A stretch of DNA of 64,000 nucleotides from an uncultured Planctomycetaceae bacterium (lineage in GTDB: Bacteria > Planctomycetota > Planctomycetia > Pirellulales > PALSA-1355): NCBI GenBank assembly GCA_963785305.1, contig CAWAUV010000008.1, forward strand, positions 224,001-288,000. The letters are read 5' to 3'. The notes under the pieces are model-generated. The model made no database searches. It was not told where the DNA came from and saw nothing but the letters and a program-made list of their open reading frames with translations. Below are positions 23,289 through 37,975 of the stretch, in pieces (positions within the stretch are counted from its first letter, which is position 1; every line of letters starts with the position of its first letter). A program made the position numbers and the translations under genes.

Positions 23289-23634
23289 CATTCGCTTCCA
23301 CCAGACGACATCATGCGGTCGTCAGCCATCGTGGCGATTGAATTGCCGCGTTGGCTCGTGAAAAACAAATTCGCTTCGCGGCATCCTTGCCGCGAGAGGT
23401 GGGCCGGCGGGCATCGCTTGTCGGCAAAGGCAGTCGTGGTCGGGTTCTTTGGTTGATTTGGTTTTTTTGTTGGTTTGGGCTGGGTGGTCGAGTGGTCGGT
23501 GGCCATGTTCACTGTCAGGCGGATAGCCGCGGCGGTGAGCTTGGCCTCCGCCCAAGCGGCGGGAAGGCCGGCTGAGGTTTGTGGCGATGAGCGACCGCTT
23601 TGGGTCGATCGCCGTGAGCTTTTGCTGGCTTTGT

Positions 23635-23647
23635 TGTTCTTTGACAA
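23635..23647 (+). promoter_or_regulatory. rrn antitermination boxA-like site
   Basis: TGTTCTTTGACAA versus consensus TGCTCTTTAACA, in the rRNA leader. Confidence 0.6.
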
Positions 23648-24090
23648 TTTGGTTGTTGCAAGAGTGGCATCTTGTAGATGAAAGAGCAAGACGGCGGCCG
23701 CGCCTCTTGGGGCTTGGTTTGTGTTTGGGTTGCTTTGGCAGCTCGAGCGTGGACTGGGTTCCGGGAAAACACGGCCGCTTGATTGTTCTCCAAGGCTCTT
23801 AGCAGCGAAATCGACATCGGTCGGGACTATGGCTCCGCTCGAGGACGAAAGTCCGGGAGTGGAGAACCCGCCGGATGGACGTGTCTTTCTTTTTGAAAGG
23901 CGTTGTCCGTTGGTCGAAATCGCATACTAGTTAATAACGTTACTCGATCTTGCATGGCGAATGCCATGTGGGATTGTAGTGGGGGCCATGTTGTTGAGTT
24001 CTGTTGGGTGTTGTTCTTGGGGCTGGTTTCGGCGGGTGAGAGTCCGTTGAAATGGGTCGCGAGAATGGCAACCGAGAGGATTTGATTTAT

Positions 24091-27017
<2,927 letters not shown>

Positions 27018-27197
27018 ATATATCAAACGCTCTTGGTTCCCCCCGGAGAATTCAACCCGGGCCCCCAAGCAAACGCGTTGTTAACTATGTTGACCTCGCT
27101 AAGACGCTCTCGATGTTCCATAAAACGTCGGGAATGCCACTCAACGCAACAACCAGCAATCGAGGCTGCCGGGCCGCATACGCCCGGCGGTCTCCTT

Positions 27198-27304
27198 TCC
27201 GGTGACCATATCTGAAAGGTCACACCCGTTCCCATTCCGAACACGGTAGTTAAGCTTTCAGAGCCGATGGTAGTGCCAAAAGCGCGAGAGTAGGTATCGC
27301 CGGA
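27198..27304 (+). rRNA. rrf: 5S ribosomal RNA
   Basis: TCCGGTGACCATA...CACCCGTTCCCATTCCGAACACGG...GAGAGTAGGTATCGCCGGA. Confidence 0.95.
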
Positions 27305-27316
27305 TTTTTTCAACCC

Positions 27317-27362
27317 AAAGCCCCGAGAGGTTCTTTATGACCTCTCGGGGCTTTGTTTTTTT
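27317..27362 (+). terminator. Rho-independent terminator of the rRNA unit
   Basis: AAAGCCCCGAGAGGT-loop-ACCTCTCGGGGCTTT followed by a T run. Confidence 0.9.
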
Positions 27363-27423
27363 GGCTCTTCCGGTTTTGAGTGCAAGCGGCGGCTAGACCT
27401 AGTGCGCTGGGCGGATCACGGAA

Positions 27424-27491
27424 GCCCTCGCTGACGCTTCAGGTTATGACGGAAATGCTATCCGCTCACAACCGGAAGCGTCAGCGAGGGC
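27424..27491. repeat. REP-like inverted repeat
   Basis: GCCCTCGCTGACGCTTC...GAAGCGTCAGCGAGGGC, perfect 17-bp arms. Confidence 0.7.
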
Positions 27492-27501
27492 ATGCTGCCC
27501 A

Positions 27502-29156
27502 TGTCCTGCCCCTCCCGGAACTGGAAAGTTTGGCCGTTGGGATTAGCATAAATCCCGAGGGAGGACGTTTCCATGAGCGAATTGCGAACACGGCGGCATT
27601 TTTCCGCCGAGCAGAAGGCCCAGGTCGTGCGGCGGCATTTGAGCGGCAAAACGCCGGTGTCGGATTTGGCCGATGAATTCAAGGTTCAGCCCAGCCTGAT
27701 CCATCTCTGGGTCAAGCAGGTGCTCGATCAGGCCGAGAAGGCGGTCGGGCGGTGGGCGGGCGGGCGGCCGCCGCGGCTGGAAGCGGCCAAGGACCAGAAG
27801 ATCGCCCAGCTCGAATCGAAGCTGGTCACCAAGAACGAAGTCATCGCCGAACTGATGGAGGAGAATGTCCGCGCAAAAAAAGAGCTTGGGGAACTCTGAA
27901 GGGAGTTTGGGTTCCCCACGACACGCGCGACGCCATCGTCGATTACATCGGGCGTTGGACCGAGCGTGCCGAGCTGCCGGCCCAGCGGCTGCTGGGCTGG
28001 CTGGAATTGGCGCCGAGCAAGTTCCACCAGTGGAAGGACCGCTACGGCAAGGCCAACGAGCACAACGGCAAGGTCCCGCGCGACTGGTGGCCCGGGGAAT
28101 CGAGAACTCGAGGACTGGGAGAAGCAAGCCATCCTCGCCTACCACGACAGCCATCCGCTGAACGGCTACCGCCGCTTGGCGTTCATGATGCTCGACTCTC
28201 GACGTGGTGGCGGTCAGTCCCAGCAGCGTGTATCGGGTATTGAAACAAGGCGGACGGCTCGACCAACGCAAGTTCTCGCCGTCCAAGAAAGGAACCGGTT
28301 TCGTGCAGCCGCCGCGGCCGCACGACCACTGGCATGTCGATATTTCGTACATCAATCTGGCCGGCACGTTCTACTTTCTCTGCACGATTCTGGACGGCTA
28401 CAGCCGCTACATCGTGCATTGGGAGCTGCGCGAGAGCATGAAGGAGTTCGAAGTGGAAACGGTGATTCAACGCGCGCGAGAAAAGTTTCCGGACGAAAAG
28501 CCGCGGATCATCAGCGACAACGGCCCGCAGTTTATCGCCCGCGATTTCAAGGAGTGCATTCGCCTGGCCGGCATGACGCATGTGCGAACGAGTCCGTTTT
28601 ATCCGCAAAGCAACGGCAAGTTGGAACGCTGGCACAAGAGCCTGAAGGTCGAGTGCATTCGTCCGGCCTGCCCCGAGGATGTCGAAGAGGCGCGAGGGCG
28701 GATCACGAAGTTCGTGGAGCACTACAACCACGAGCGCTTGCACAGCGCGATCGGCTACGTCACGCCGAGCGACAAGTTGAACGGTATCGAGCAGCGGATA
28801 TTCGACGAGCGTGACGCGAAGCTGGAAGCGGCCCGCGAGCGACGACGCGCGGCGCAGTGCCGCCGCCAACGCCGCGCCCAAGGTTGCCTGAAACGATCGG
28901 CGGCGCTAAATTGATGATTGAACTGGGCGGAGGATAGGGCTCTGCCGAGGGGCAACCCGAGCGCAGACCCAGCGGCCAAGACCGAAGAGAGGGCGGCGAC
29001 CGGCAATCGTCGGCGCCGTCCGCTCGCCAATCCTTCGGGATTGGCGCGAATGCGTTAAACCTTCGCGGCACGATGCCGCGAAATGCCCGGCAGGACGCCT
29101 TTACTCATTCGCTAACCCAAATGCCCGATCATTCCAGTTCACGGTGAACCAAGACA
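27502..29156 (+). mobile_element. IS3-family insertion sequence (orfA 27573-27899; orfB ~27896-28914, with indels)
   Basis: Imperfect IRs TGTCCTG...GAACTGGAA / TTCCAGTTCAC...AAGACA; HTH orfA RRHFSAEQK; A7G slippery site at 27875-27882; DDE WHVDISY, SDNGPQF, NGKLERWH. No clear target duplication. Confidence 0.88.
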
Positions 29157-29377
29157 CTGCCGAACAAATTCGTGCGCTCCGCACTCCGACGAAAGATATC
29201 GCGTTTAAACCTGCTGGAAGGCATGGGCGTGAGTTTTCGACGACGGCGCATAAGCAGATTTTCGAATTGATAGATGAATCGCGCGATTTTTCGGCATTTG
29301 TTAAAAAACTTCGATCGTGGTGCGATCAGCATCTTGTCGGTGGCGCAGCTTCGTTGCCGGACGGATTGAGGCCGTAA
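29157..29377 (+). pseudogene. Orphan polymorphic-toxin C-terminal fragment truncated by IS3
   Basis: AEQIRALRTPTKDIAFKPAGRHGREFSTTAHKQIFELID...WCDQHLVGGAASLPDGLRP*; lower GC; directly upstream of an Imm22-like gene. Confidence 0.6.
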
Positions 29378-29396
29378 TCTTCCGCGGAGGTTTGAA

Positions 29397-29783
29397 ATGA
29401 GCTCGGAGCAACAACGCGTGTCGATATGAGTTGGGAATGCGGACTCATACGAAACACTTGAACCATATGTCGCGCTGGTCTACGATTCGGACGGCGATAC
29501 GATTCCACGCGGATTCACCGCCGCATATGGAATCAACTGGTTCGACGAAGACTTTCTCGAGGTATCGGTCCGTTCTTTTCACGCGAATTCCTTGCGGAGT
29601 TTGCTCTGCGCACATTCTTGCGCCGGCGAAATCGCCACGGCTGCAGAACGCCGCGGGTGTAGCGCCTTACCTTTTGCATGCAATGCGCTCGTGCTGATTT
29701 ACAATTTTGAATATGACGGCGGAGTGAAAGATGCGAATGCCGCGGGCGTAATGCTCCATTTTGTCGGCGTTCTGTCATATTAA
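29397..29783 (+). pseudogene. Immunity protein 22 (Imm22)-like gene with in-frame TGA at codon 11
   Basis: RBS GGAGG; MSSEQQRVSI*VGN...WFDEDFLEV...NALVLIYNFEYDG...LHFVGVLSY; the stop (29427-29429) sits where VSxWxG normally has Trp. Confidence 0.7.
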
Positions 29784-30159
29784 AGACCAATTCGGATTGC
29801 CGCCGTTCCCGTGATTGGCATCGCGGCGACGGGCAAGTGCGGGCGAGCTTGGTCGAGCCCGATCAATTGACGGCGCAGGTCGATTCCTCCGCCAACGACG
29901 CATGGCTGCGCTCGCCGAGCGATTGGACCGTTGGGGTGGTGGCTAATCGCGATGATTTGCAAGCGGTGTTTGAGTACTGCTCGCTAGCCCTTAAACAAGC
30001 GTACGCGGTTGCGTTTTGCGCCGGTTTCGCGTGGCCGGCGGTGCGCGCGGCGTGAGCGGGCGGCGCCGGCGGGCGCGCTACTCTCGGCGGCGGGTTTTTG
30101 TTTGGCATTGTCGGTTGGCTTTCCTGGTTCGGCGTGGCGGCGGACCGGAGCGTCCGACC

Positions 30160-31658
30160 CAGGGCTTTGAAGGTGTTATTTCCGTCGTTTGCGTTGCGCT
30201 AGTATTTCGGCGGCGGCGAAGTGGGGTTTGTCGCCGGTGCGTTTGGGCGGCGGTTTGTTCTTGCCGCGTGGTTGCTTTTGGAATCGGGAGAGCCGGACCG
30301 CCTGGGCCAGGCGGACCAGCGTCTTGGCTAGTTCCGACACGCTCATCGGGCCGAAGGTCTCGCGCCAGTAGGGCTCGGGAATCGCGATCTCCATGCCACG
30401 CCACACGCCGCTGATCTCGTCGGCCACATAATACGTCGACAGATTCTTTTCAATCACTTCCGCTCCGTGGGCGGCGCGCAGCGACGCCTTCATCACACTG
30501 AGCACATTGTACATCACCACCCCGATGCAAAACCCGAACAACGCCGCGCACGGATAGCCCAACGTGTTGATCTCGCTTGCTAAACATAGTGTCAATTCAT
30601 TGAAAGCCTTTTCGATCGTCCAACGCTGACGATAGACGTGGGCGATCGTGAGCGCGCCGACCGTTTCGGGAAGATTCGTGAGAATGTGGATTTCCCAATC
30701 GCCGTCCTCGTTGGGCCGATCGAGCTTCACCGTCACGCGCCGCGCGGCCATCGGCGGACCGCAATCGCGCTCGATATGCACCTTTTGCTCGAAGATTTCG
30801 CCCGATTCGCAGCGTCCGACCGGGCGGCTCGGCTCGAGCGGCTCGCAGCGCACGTTCGACGCGTGCTGGCGAATGATGAAATGCGAGTCGTTCGCCGCGA
30901 TCTCGAGCAGAAACAACGATGTGCAAAAATTGCGGTCCGCCACCCAGACGTCGCCCGGCCGCAAGTCGTCGATCAATTCCAGCAGAATGCGTCGTTCTTG
31001 CGTATGACCGTTTTCGCAAGGATAAACATGCGTCATTAATTTGGTTTGCGGATCGAGCACCACCAGCGCTTGCCCGGGCAACGGGCCGCCGCGCAGCGAG
31101 CGCAGCTCCTTCAAGCGATGTTCGGTGGCCGCGAGATGATTGCCGTCGAGCACGCGCACGCGATGGCCGGGCAAGAGCGGCGGCAGTTCGCCCCGCATCT
31201 CGCGAATCAGGTCGTCGAACGTCGCCGCCGTGCGTCGCGCCAATTCGGCCGACACCTCGGGCTCCAGGTGGTTGAGTTTGTTGTAGACCGATTTGATCGA
31301 AACTTGCAGCGAGTCTTTCCGATCTTTATAGGCCGCGTTCACCGACTTCCGGGTCTTGGCGACGACCATCGTCATCACGTCCACCACCGACGAGAAGGCC
31401 AATTCGCGAACATACTGCCGCGCGGCGGTTTCCTCGAAAAGCGAGTCCAGCTTTTCGTCGGAGAGAGCCCATTCCAGCGTGCCGCGGACCATTACCGGCA
31501 AGGGGCTTTTCTGGGAAAACAGCTCGAACATCGTCTCGACAATCATCACGGCGCCTCGCACAATAAGTGTAAGTTGTTGCGCGGCGAACGATTATCGAAA
31601 AGAAACCCACCAAGTCAAATCAACTGCTAGCACGGAAAGTGCCAGCTTCAAAGCCCTG
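30160..31658 (-). mobile_element. IS4-family insertion sequence (transposase 30176-31561)
   Basis: 16-bp IR CAGGGCTTTGAAG(G/C)TG at both ends; DDE VLDGNHL, VADRNF and YREK signature YRQRWTIEKAF. Confidence 0.9.
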
Positions 31659-31687
31659 GTACAACGCCGAGTGGCAAGGAGGGCTGA

Positions 31688-31978
31688 GGCGAAGCATCGA
31701 ACGTATCAATCGGCCATGTAACGTTCGGAAAAAATGCCGAAACGAAGATCAGGAAACACATTAATCAAGTCTGAAATCGCGGCCGCCACCGAGAAGCGAT
31801 CCCGAAAGCCGACAAGGGAGGCATCGAGCGCGTCAAAGAAATTATTCGTGATCGCGTGGCGAAGGACGACGGCCGCGCAACTACGTATTCCGGTAACCCC
31901 GCTGTTGCGTTCAAAGACGGTGGCGTTACATATATTACACGTCCGAATGGCGAGTTCTGGACAATCTTAGGAAATTAA
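31688..31978 (+). pseudogene. Orphan toxin C-terminal domain (possible BECR-fold RNase) with internal TGA
   Basis: Manual translation VTFGKNAETKIRKHINQV*NRG...GGIERVKEII...GVTYITRPNGEFWTILGN*; stop at 31772-31774; ends 2 nt before the next ORF. Confidence 0.5.
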
Positions 31979-31980
31979 GA

Positions 31981-32358
31981 ATGATGAGCGATTCACAACA
32001 TCCGGAAACCTGGACCACTCCGGTATGGCACCCGGATTGGGGTGATCCCAGGGCCGAGCTCGAGCACCTTCGGGATTTTTCAAAATCCCTCTTGAAGCGT
32101 TTGCCGAGCGCTTGCGTGGAACTGAAAATTATCGAGCCCGGCTATATGTATGTGCTTGTGCGGCTCGCATGCGCGACCGAGGCAGGCGTCTACTCTAATA
32201 AGCGGCTGAGTTCGCCGGGCGGACGTCTGCTCGACATATTCGTTGCTCCTGGAGAGCCCGACGGCGATGAATTGGACGCTCAGCCCACGAGTGCCGCGGT
32301 AGATTATTTCGTCGCGCTTCAGACCAAGAAAAGTAACGATCGCGGGCGCAATTCGTAA
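31981..32358 (+). CDS. Putative immunity protein (125 aa)
   Basis: Small lower-GC ORF tightly coupled to the toxin-like fragment; family not recognised. Confidence 0.5.
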   Translation: MMSDSQHPETWTTPVWHPDWGDPRAELEHLRDFSKSLLKRLPSACVELKIIEPGYMYVLVRLACATEAGVYSNKRLSSPGGRLLDIFVAPGEPDGDELDAQPTSAAVDYFVALQTKKSNDRGRNS

Positions 32359-32894
32359 TTAAGCGTGCCCACGTTTCCAAAACTCCAAATGCACATTTCC
32401 ACAAACGCACCATTTTCAGATCGAGCAATCGCTGGCCGTCATTCGCGGCTCGGCTCGGTTTGGCACAGCGGCCAATCCGGTGGCGGCCTGAACTCGGCAA
32501 ACTTGGCGAGTACCCGAAACAAATCGCGAAAGCGATTGCTCTCGCGCGAAACAACATCAAAGCGGGCAAGGCGATTGCGATTAACCCGGTGATGGAAGAG
32601 CTCCGGCGCGTATTGAATCGCATCCCGTTGCAAAAAACGGCGCGTCGGCAGAGTGGGCGAAAGCCGGCGTCGCCGCGCATAAGACCATTTTCGTTCGGCG
32701 CGCGAGCGGTTATCATTTACTGGCCCGGGGGGCTCTTTCGGTCCCACGGCGATGGATCCTCGCGCGAGCTGGCACTCCGACGACACTTGCGGATTGCGAA
32801 TTCCAAGCGAGGAAGAACGCCGCGAGCCGGCCTGAAAACACCCGAAACCTCTTTCGCTCCAGGAGCGGATTCACGACAAATCCGAGATTGTTTG

Positions 32895-34015
32895 ATGTCA
32901 TCTTCATCGAGCTCCGCGCCCGTGCGGGTCGGCCTGATCGGCGCCGGCGCCGTGACGGAATATCACCATGTGCCCGCCTTGCGGCTCGATCGCCGCGCCG
33001 TGCTTGTGGCCGCTTGCGATTCCAATGTCGACCTGCTCACTCAGCGGCGCGGGCAGTGGCATATCGAGAAAATCACGAGCGATCCGTTCGCACTGTGCGA
33101 TGACCCCGAGATCGACGCCCTGGTGATCGCCACGCCCAACGGCGCGCATCGCGAAGTCGCCATCGCGGCGGCCGCGGCGGGCAAGCATGTGATGTGCGAA
33201 AAACCGCTCGGTCTGAGCGCCGCCGAAGCGCGGGCGATGTACCATGCGGCGCGCGACGCCGGCGTGGTGCATATGACCGCGTTCACCTATCGCTTTGCTC
33301 CGGCAATGCGATATATCAAACACCTCGTCGAGTCGGGCTCGCTCGGCCAGCCTCGGCATTTTCGCAGCCAGCGGTTTCTCGATTGGCCCGAGATAAGTTG
33401 GGGCTGGCGGCAATATCGCGAGAAGGCCGGCGCCGGCGATCTGTTCGACATGACGATCCACCGCATCGACTTCGCCCAAGATTTGCTGGGTCCCATTGCT
33501 CGGGTCACCGGCGCGGTGGCGCGTTTCGCGAGTCGCGCCACACCGCGACGGGCGAGCCCTGTCCGCCTTCGGATGTCGACGATTGGTCGAGCCTGATCGG
33601 CGAATTTGCCTCGGGGGCCACCGGGGTTTGGGAAGGCACGACCCTGGCCAAGGGCTATCATCGCGATGGCTTCGGCCACGAATGGGCCGAGATCAACGGC
33701 GCCGAGGGCTCGGTCGTGTACCGCTTGCATGAGCCCAACGTGGTGCTGCTGGGGCGCACCGGCAGCGATCTCGCGGCGGTCGACGTGCCGGAGGAATTCC
33801 TGAAATTGTCCGGTAGCCCGCGAGATCCGCGCGAAGGCAAGCCGGCCACGGTGTTTCGCTATGACCTGATGTGGGAATTCATTTCGGCGATCGTCGAGCG
33901 ACGGCAGGCCCGGCCCAGTTTCTACGACGGACTCACTTCGCAGGTCGTGGCCGACGCGGTGCTCGCTTCGTATGCCGAGCGTCGCTGGGTCGAAATTCCG
34001 CTCGAGCCGCGGTAG
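32895..34015 (+). CDS. Gfo/Idh/MocA oxidoreductase (frameshift near 33540)
   Basis: VRVGLIGAGA, IATPNGAH, GKHVMCEKP, GDLFDMTIHRID. Confidence 0.88.
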
Positions 34016-34120
34016 TCGGCCGGTATTCAAGCCTCGCGGCGGTGAGACGCTACCGGGTCGCAATGTTTCGGGGCGAGTGTCTCCCGGCCTTTCAATTTGT
34101 CGTGAAGGAATGGTTTGCGA

Positions 34121-35936
34121 ATGTCTAAAGTGATCTCGAAAATCAAGCAAGCGCCGGCGCGGGCCAAGGTGAAGCCGGTCGATGCTTGGGATCTCGCCCC
34201 GCTTTTCGCCAGCGACGAGCTTTGGGAAACCGCGTTTGAAAAATGGGAAGCGAGCATCGCGGGCTACGAGCGTTTTCGCGGCGTCCTGGGCGACGACGCC
34301 AAGACCCTCGCCGCTTGTCTCGAGTTCGACAATGAATTCGATCGCGCGGGCGAGCGGCTCAGCACCTATGCGTTTTTGAAAACCGCCGAGGACCAAGCCA
34401 ATAGCTTCTACCAGCGAATGATCGGTCGGTTCCGCAACGTGGCCAGCCGGGCCGGACAGGCGGCGAGTTATATTCGCCCGGAAATCACGGCGATCAAAAG
34501 CGCGACGATGGAAGCGTTTCTCCGCGAGCCCTGCCTGGCCCAGCACCGGCTATCGCTCGCGCAGGATCTTGCGCTACAAACCGCATACGCTCGGCAAGCG
34601 CGAGGAAAAGCTGCTGGCAATGCAAAGCGAAATGGCGGCCGCCACCGACCAGATTTTTCGCCAGTTGACCGATGCCGATCTCAAGTGGGGCGTCGTGAAA
34701 AATGAACGGGGCGAACGGCTCGAACTGAGTCATGCCACCTTCGCCACGCTGCTCCAATCGCCGAAGCGCAATGTGCGGAAGACGGCATTTCACAAATACT
34801 ACGCGCAATTCGCCGCCCACCAAAACACGCTCGCCGCCACGCTGGCCGGCTCGGTCCAGCGCGATGTGTTCCATGCCAAAGCGCGTCATTATCCGAGCGC
34901 GCTCGAGGCATCGCTATTTCACGACAACGTGCCGGTATCGGTGTACGACAATCTCATTGGGTCGATCCATCGCCATTTGCCTGACTTGCATCGCTACTAC
35001 GAACTGCGCCGCCGCGAGATGCAGCTTTCGACGATCCATCAATACGATACCTATGTGCCGATCCTCACCGAGTTGCAAACCCGGCACACGTGGGCCCAGG
35101 CGGTCAAGCTGGTGCTCGCGGCGCTCGAGCCGCTCGGCTCCGAATACTGCGGAGTGCTTGAAGAAGGGCTCAATGGCCGCTGGTGCGATCGGTATCCGAA
35201 CCAGGGCAAGCAGAGCGGCGCGTTTAGCTGCGGCTCCTACGATGGCTTGCCCTATATCCTGATGAACTATCAACCCGACGTGCTCGACCATGTGTTCACG
35301 CTCGCCCACGAGGCGGGCCACTCGATGCACTCGCACTATTCGGCCAAACATCAACCCTATCAATACTACAATTACACGATCTTCGTGGCCGAAGTGGCCA
35401 GCACGTTCAACGAGCAACTCCTGGCGCGACACATGATGCGCAAGGCGAAGAGCGACAAGCAGCGGGCCTTCTTGATCAATCGCCAGATCGACGCGATTCG
35501 CGGCACGATTATTCGCCAGACCATGTTCGCCGAGTTCGAGCGCGTTATCCATGCCCTGGTCGAGGCCGGCGAAGTGCTTACCGTCGATCGAATCAAGAAG
35601 GAATATCGCAACTTGCTCGATCTCTACTTCGGTCCCGGTTTCGCGATCGATGAGGAACTGTCGCTCGAGGGGCTGCGAATTCCACATTTCTATCGCGCTT
35701 TTTATGTCTATAAATACGCCACAGGCCTCTCGGCGGCGATCGCCCTGAGCGAGCGAGTGACCGGCGGCGGCCCGGAGGAACTGGGCGATTATTTGCACTT
35801 TCTTAGGGGCGGCTGCTCGAAATTTCCGCTCGATTTGCTTCGCGACGCCGGCGTCGACATGGAGCAGCCGGGTCCGGTCGACACGGCGATGGAAGTTTTC
35901 GCGCGGTTGGTCAACGAGCTCGATGAGTTGTCGTAA
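34121..35936 (+). CDS. pepF: Oligoendopeptidase F (M3B) (frameshift near 34560)
   Basis: WDLAPLF, GKQSGAFS, TLAHEAGHSMHS (HExxH), AEVAST, IPHFYRAFYVYKYATG. Confidence 0.92.
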
Positions 35937-35953
35937 ACGCCCTGGATAACCCG

Positions 35954-36895
35954 ATGTCCGCCGATCCGCCCGTCGACGCTTCCGCCGATGCGCCGCTGCA
36001 TGTCTCGGTGATGCCCGAGGAGATTTTGCATTGGCTCGCGCCGGCGGCCGGTGGCCGATTTGCCGATGGCACTCTCGGCGCCGGCGGCCACTCGCGGGCC
36101 ATTGCCGAGCGCGTGGGCCCGCGGGGCGTGGTGCTGGCCACGGATCGCGATCCGGCGGCGGTGGCCGTGGCCGGGCGAAGGTTGGCCGATTTGCCGATTC
36201 GAGCCGTCGTGGCCGACTTCGCCGATCTCGCCGACGTGCTTCGCGAGCAGGGGATCGGCTTGCTCGATGGCATCGTGCTCGACTTGGGCCTGAGCAGCGA
36301 TCAGCTTGCCGACGCCTCGCGCGGCTTCAGTTTCAACGCGACCGGCGAGCTCGACCTGCGCTTCGACCCATCGCTTGGCGAGCCCGCTTGGCGACTCGTC
36401 CAGCGGCTGAGCGAGGTCGACTTGGCCAACACGATTTATCGCTATGGCGAAGAGCGCTTCAGTCGACGGATTGCCCGGCGCATCGTGGCCGCGCGCTCCG
36501 CGGGTCCGCTGCGTTCGGCGGCCGACTTTGCCAGCCTTGTGCGCGGGGCCGTGCCGCGGGGCCCCGATGCGCGGCGGCTTGATCCCGCGACTCGCACTTT
36601 TCAGGCCCTTCGCATCGCGGTGAACGACGAGCTCGGCTCGCTCGAACGGGCTCTCGCGCGCTTGCCCGATGTGCTCCGACCCGGCGGACGACTGGCGATT
36701 ATCAGCTTCCATTCCTTGGAAGATCGACTTGTGAAGTGGGCGTTCCGGCAAGATATGCGACTTAAGCCGTTGACCAAGCGGCCGCTGGAAGCGACGCCCA
36801 ATGAATTGGCGCGAAACCCACGAGCTCGCAGCGCCAAACTCCGCGTGGCGGAACGAATGGCGAGCGGCGAAATAGCCCGCGTCTCGGGGACGTGA
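35954..36895 (+). CDS. rsmH: 16S rRNA m4C1402 methyltransferase RsmH
   Basis: HVSVM, DGTLGAGGHS, DLGLSSDQL, ATRTFQALRIAVNDEL, SFHSLEDRLVK, NPRARSAKLR. Confidence 0.95.
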   Translation: MSADPPVDASADAPLHVSVMPEEILHWLAPAAGGRFADGTLGAGGHSRAIAERVGPRGVVLATDRDPAAVAVAGRRLADLPIRAVVADFADLADVLREQGIGLLDGIVLDLGLSSDQLADASRGFSFNATGELDLRFDPSLGEPAWRLVQRLSEVDLANTIYRYGEERFSRRIARRIVAARSAGPLRSAADFASLVRGAVPRGPDARRLDPATRTFQALRIAVNDELGSLERALARLPDVLRPGGRLAIISFHSLEDRLVKWAFRQDMRLKPLTKRPLEATPNELARNPRARSAKLRVAERMASGEIARVSGT

Positions 36896-37021
36896 TTTCG
36901 GCGGCTTTCTCGAATTGCTTGAGCGCGCCTTCAAGGCGTCGGCGCTGCCATCGGCCAATCTGTAGGGCAGTTTCCACGTCTTCGGATCGGCCGGATTTCG
37001 CGGATAGGCGCAAGCTCGCGA

Positions 37022-37975
37022 TCAAACATCCCACATCAAATACCGAGCCACCACGCTGAGCTTCCTTCCCGCCGACAACCGCACTGGGCGGGTCCACACA
37101 TCGCCCTGGCGTTGTTTGATCTCGTCGAGCAGACAGCGGTAGGTGGCCACCATGGCCCGGAAAATTCTCCGGCCCGAGGGCGGCAGGTAATCGCCGAGGC
37201 GCTCGGCGTCGGCATACCAGCCTTCGGCCCGCGCGATTTCCGCGGTCATTAGGGCCCGCACCCGCGGATCGGCGATGCCGGCGGCGAGGTCCGCGGGCGC
37301 GAGTTCGAATCGGGCCAAGGCATCGAGCGGAAGATAAAGCCGGCCGCGGGCCGCGTCTTCCTTGATATCTCGCAAGATGTTCGTCCACTGGAAGGCTAGC
37401 CCGCATCGCCGCGCGGGTCGAGCGCCGCCGCGTCGCGGAATCCCCAAATATGGATACACGCCAAGCCCACGGTCGACGCCACATGGTAACAATAGTCCTC
37501 GGCCTCGACCTGCGTGGCATACGACGAACGCCAAAGGTCCATTTCCACGCCGGTCAACGCGTCGTCGAGCAGGGCGCGAGGAATGCCGAAGCGCCGTGTA
37601 CTGTCGGCCAGCGCTGGCAGGAGCATCTCGCTCGCATCCGCGGGCGAAGCGGCGACATGGCCGCGGAGCGATTCGTTCAGCGCTCGGCGCCACGCGACGA
37701 GGCCCGCCCGACGGACTTCGAGCGGCTCATCGCCGTCGCCCAGGTCGTCGGTGTGGCGGAGAAACGCATAAAGCGCGGCACATCGCTTCGCGCTGCGCGC
37801 GCGGGAGCAGGAAGAACGAATAGTAAAAGCTCGAGGCCGAACGTCGCGCCACCCGGCGACAGGCCGCATAACTCGCCGCGAGCAGCGCCGGGCTAGCGAG
37901 GCGAACTTGATCGCTCGCGCCGGCGATTGCACTGGGCGCCATCGGTTGCGCGGATTGGGCGCCTCGAGGCATCAT
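37022..37975 (-). CDS. hpnD: Squalene/phytoene synthase, HpnD-like (two frameshifts)
   Basis: SSFYYSFFLLP, LYAFLRHTDDLGD, YCYHVASTVG, AFQWTNILRDIKEDAARGRLYLP across ORFs 37727-37975, 37396-37932 and 37022-37693. Confidence 0.8.

Noticed and set aside
29790..30159. Possible gene or transposase remnants between the Imm22-like gene and IS4
   Set aside because: Short, with no recognisable motif or matching IR.
29427..31774. TGA recoded as Trp (TGA at a Trp position in the Imm22-like gene)
   Set aside because: Many conserved genes here end in TGA and use TGG for Trp; point mutations in decaying genes are simpler.
32460..32720. Possible antitoxin-like fragment (AIALARNNIKAGKAIAINPVMEELRR)
   Set aside because: No clear start, stop or partner gene; similarity too weak to support.
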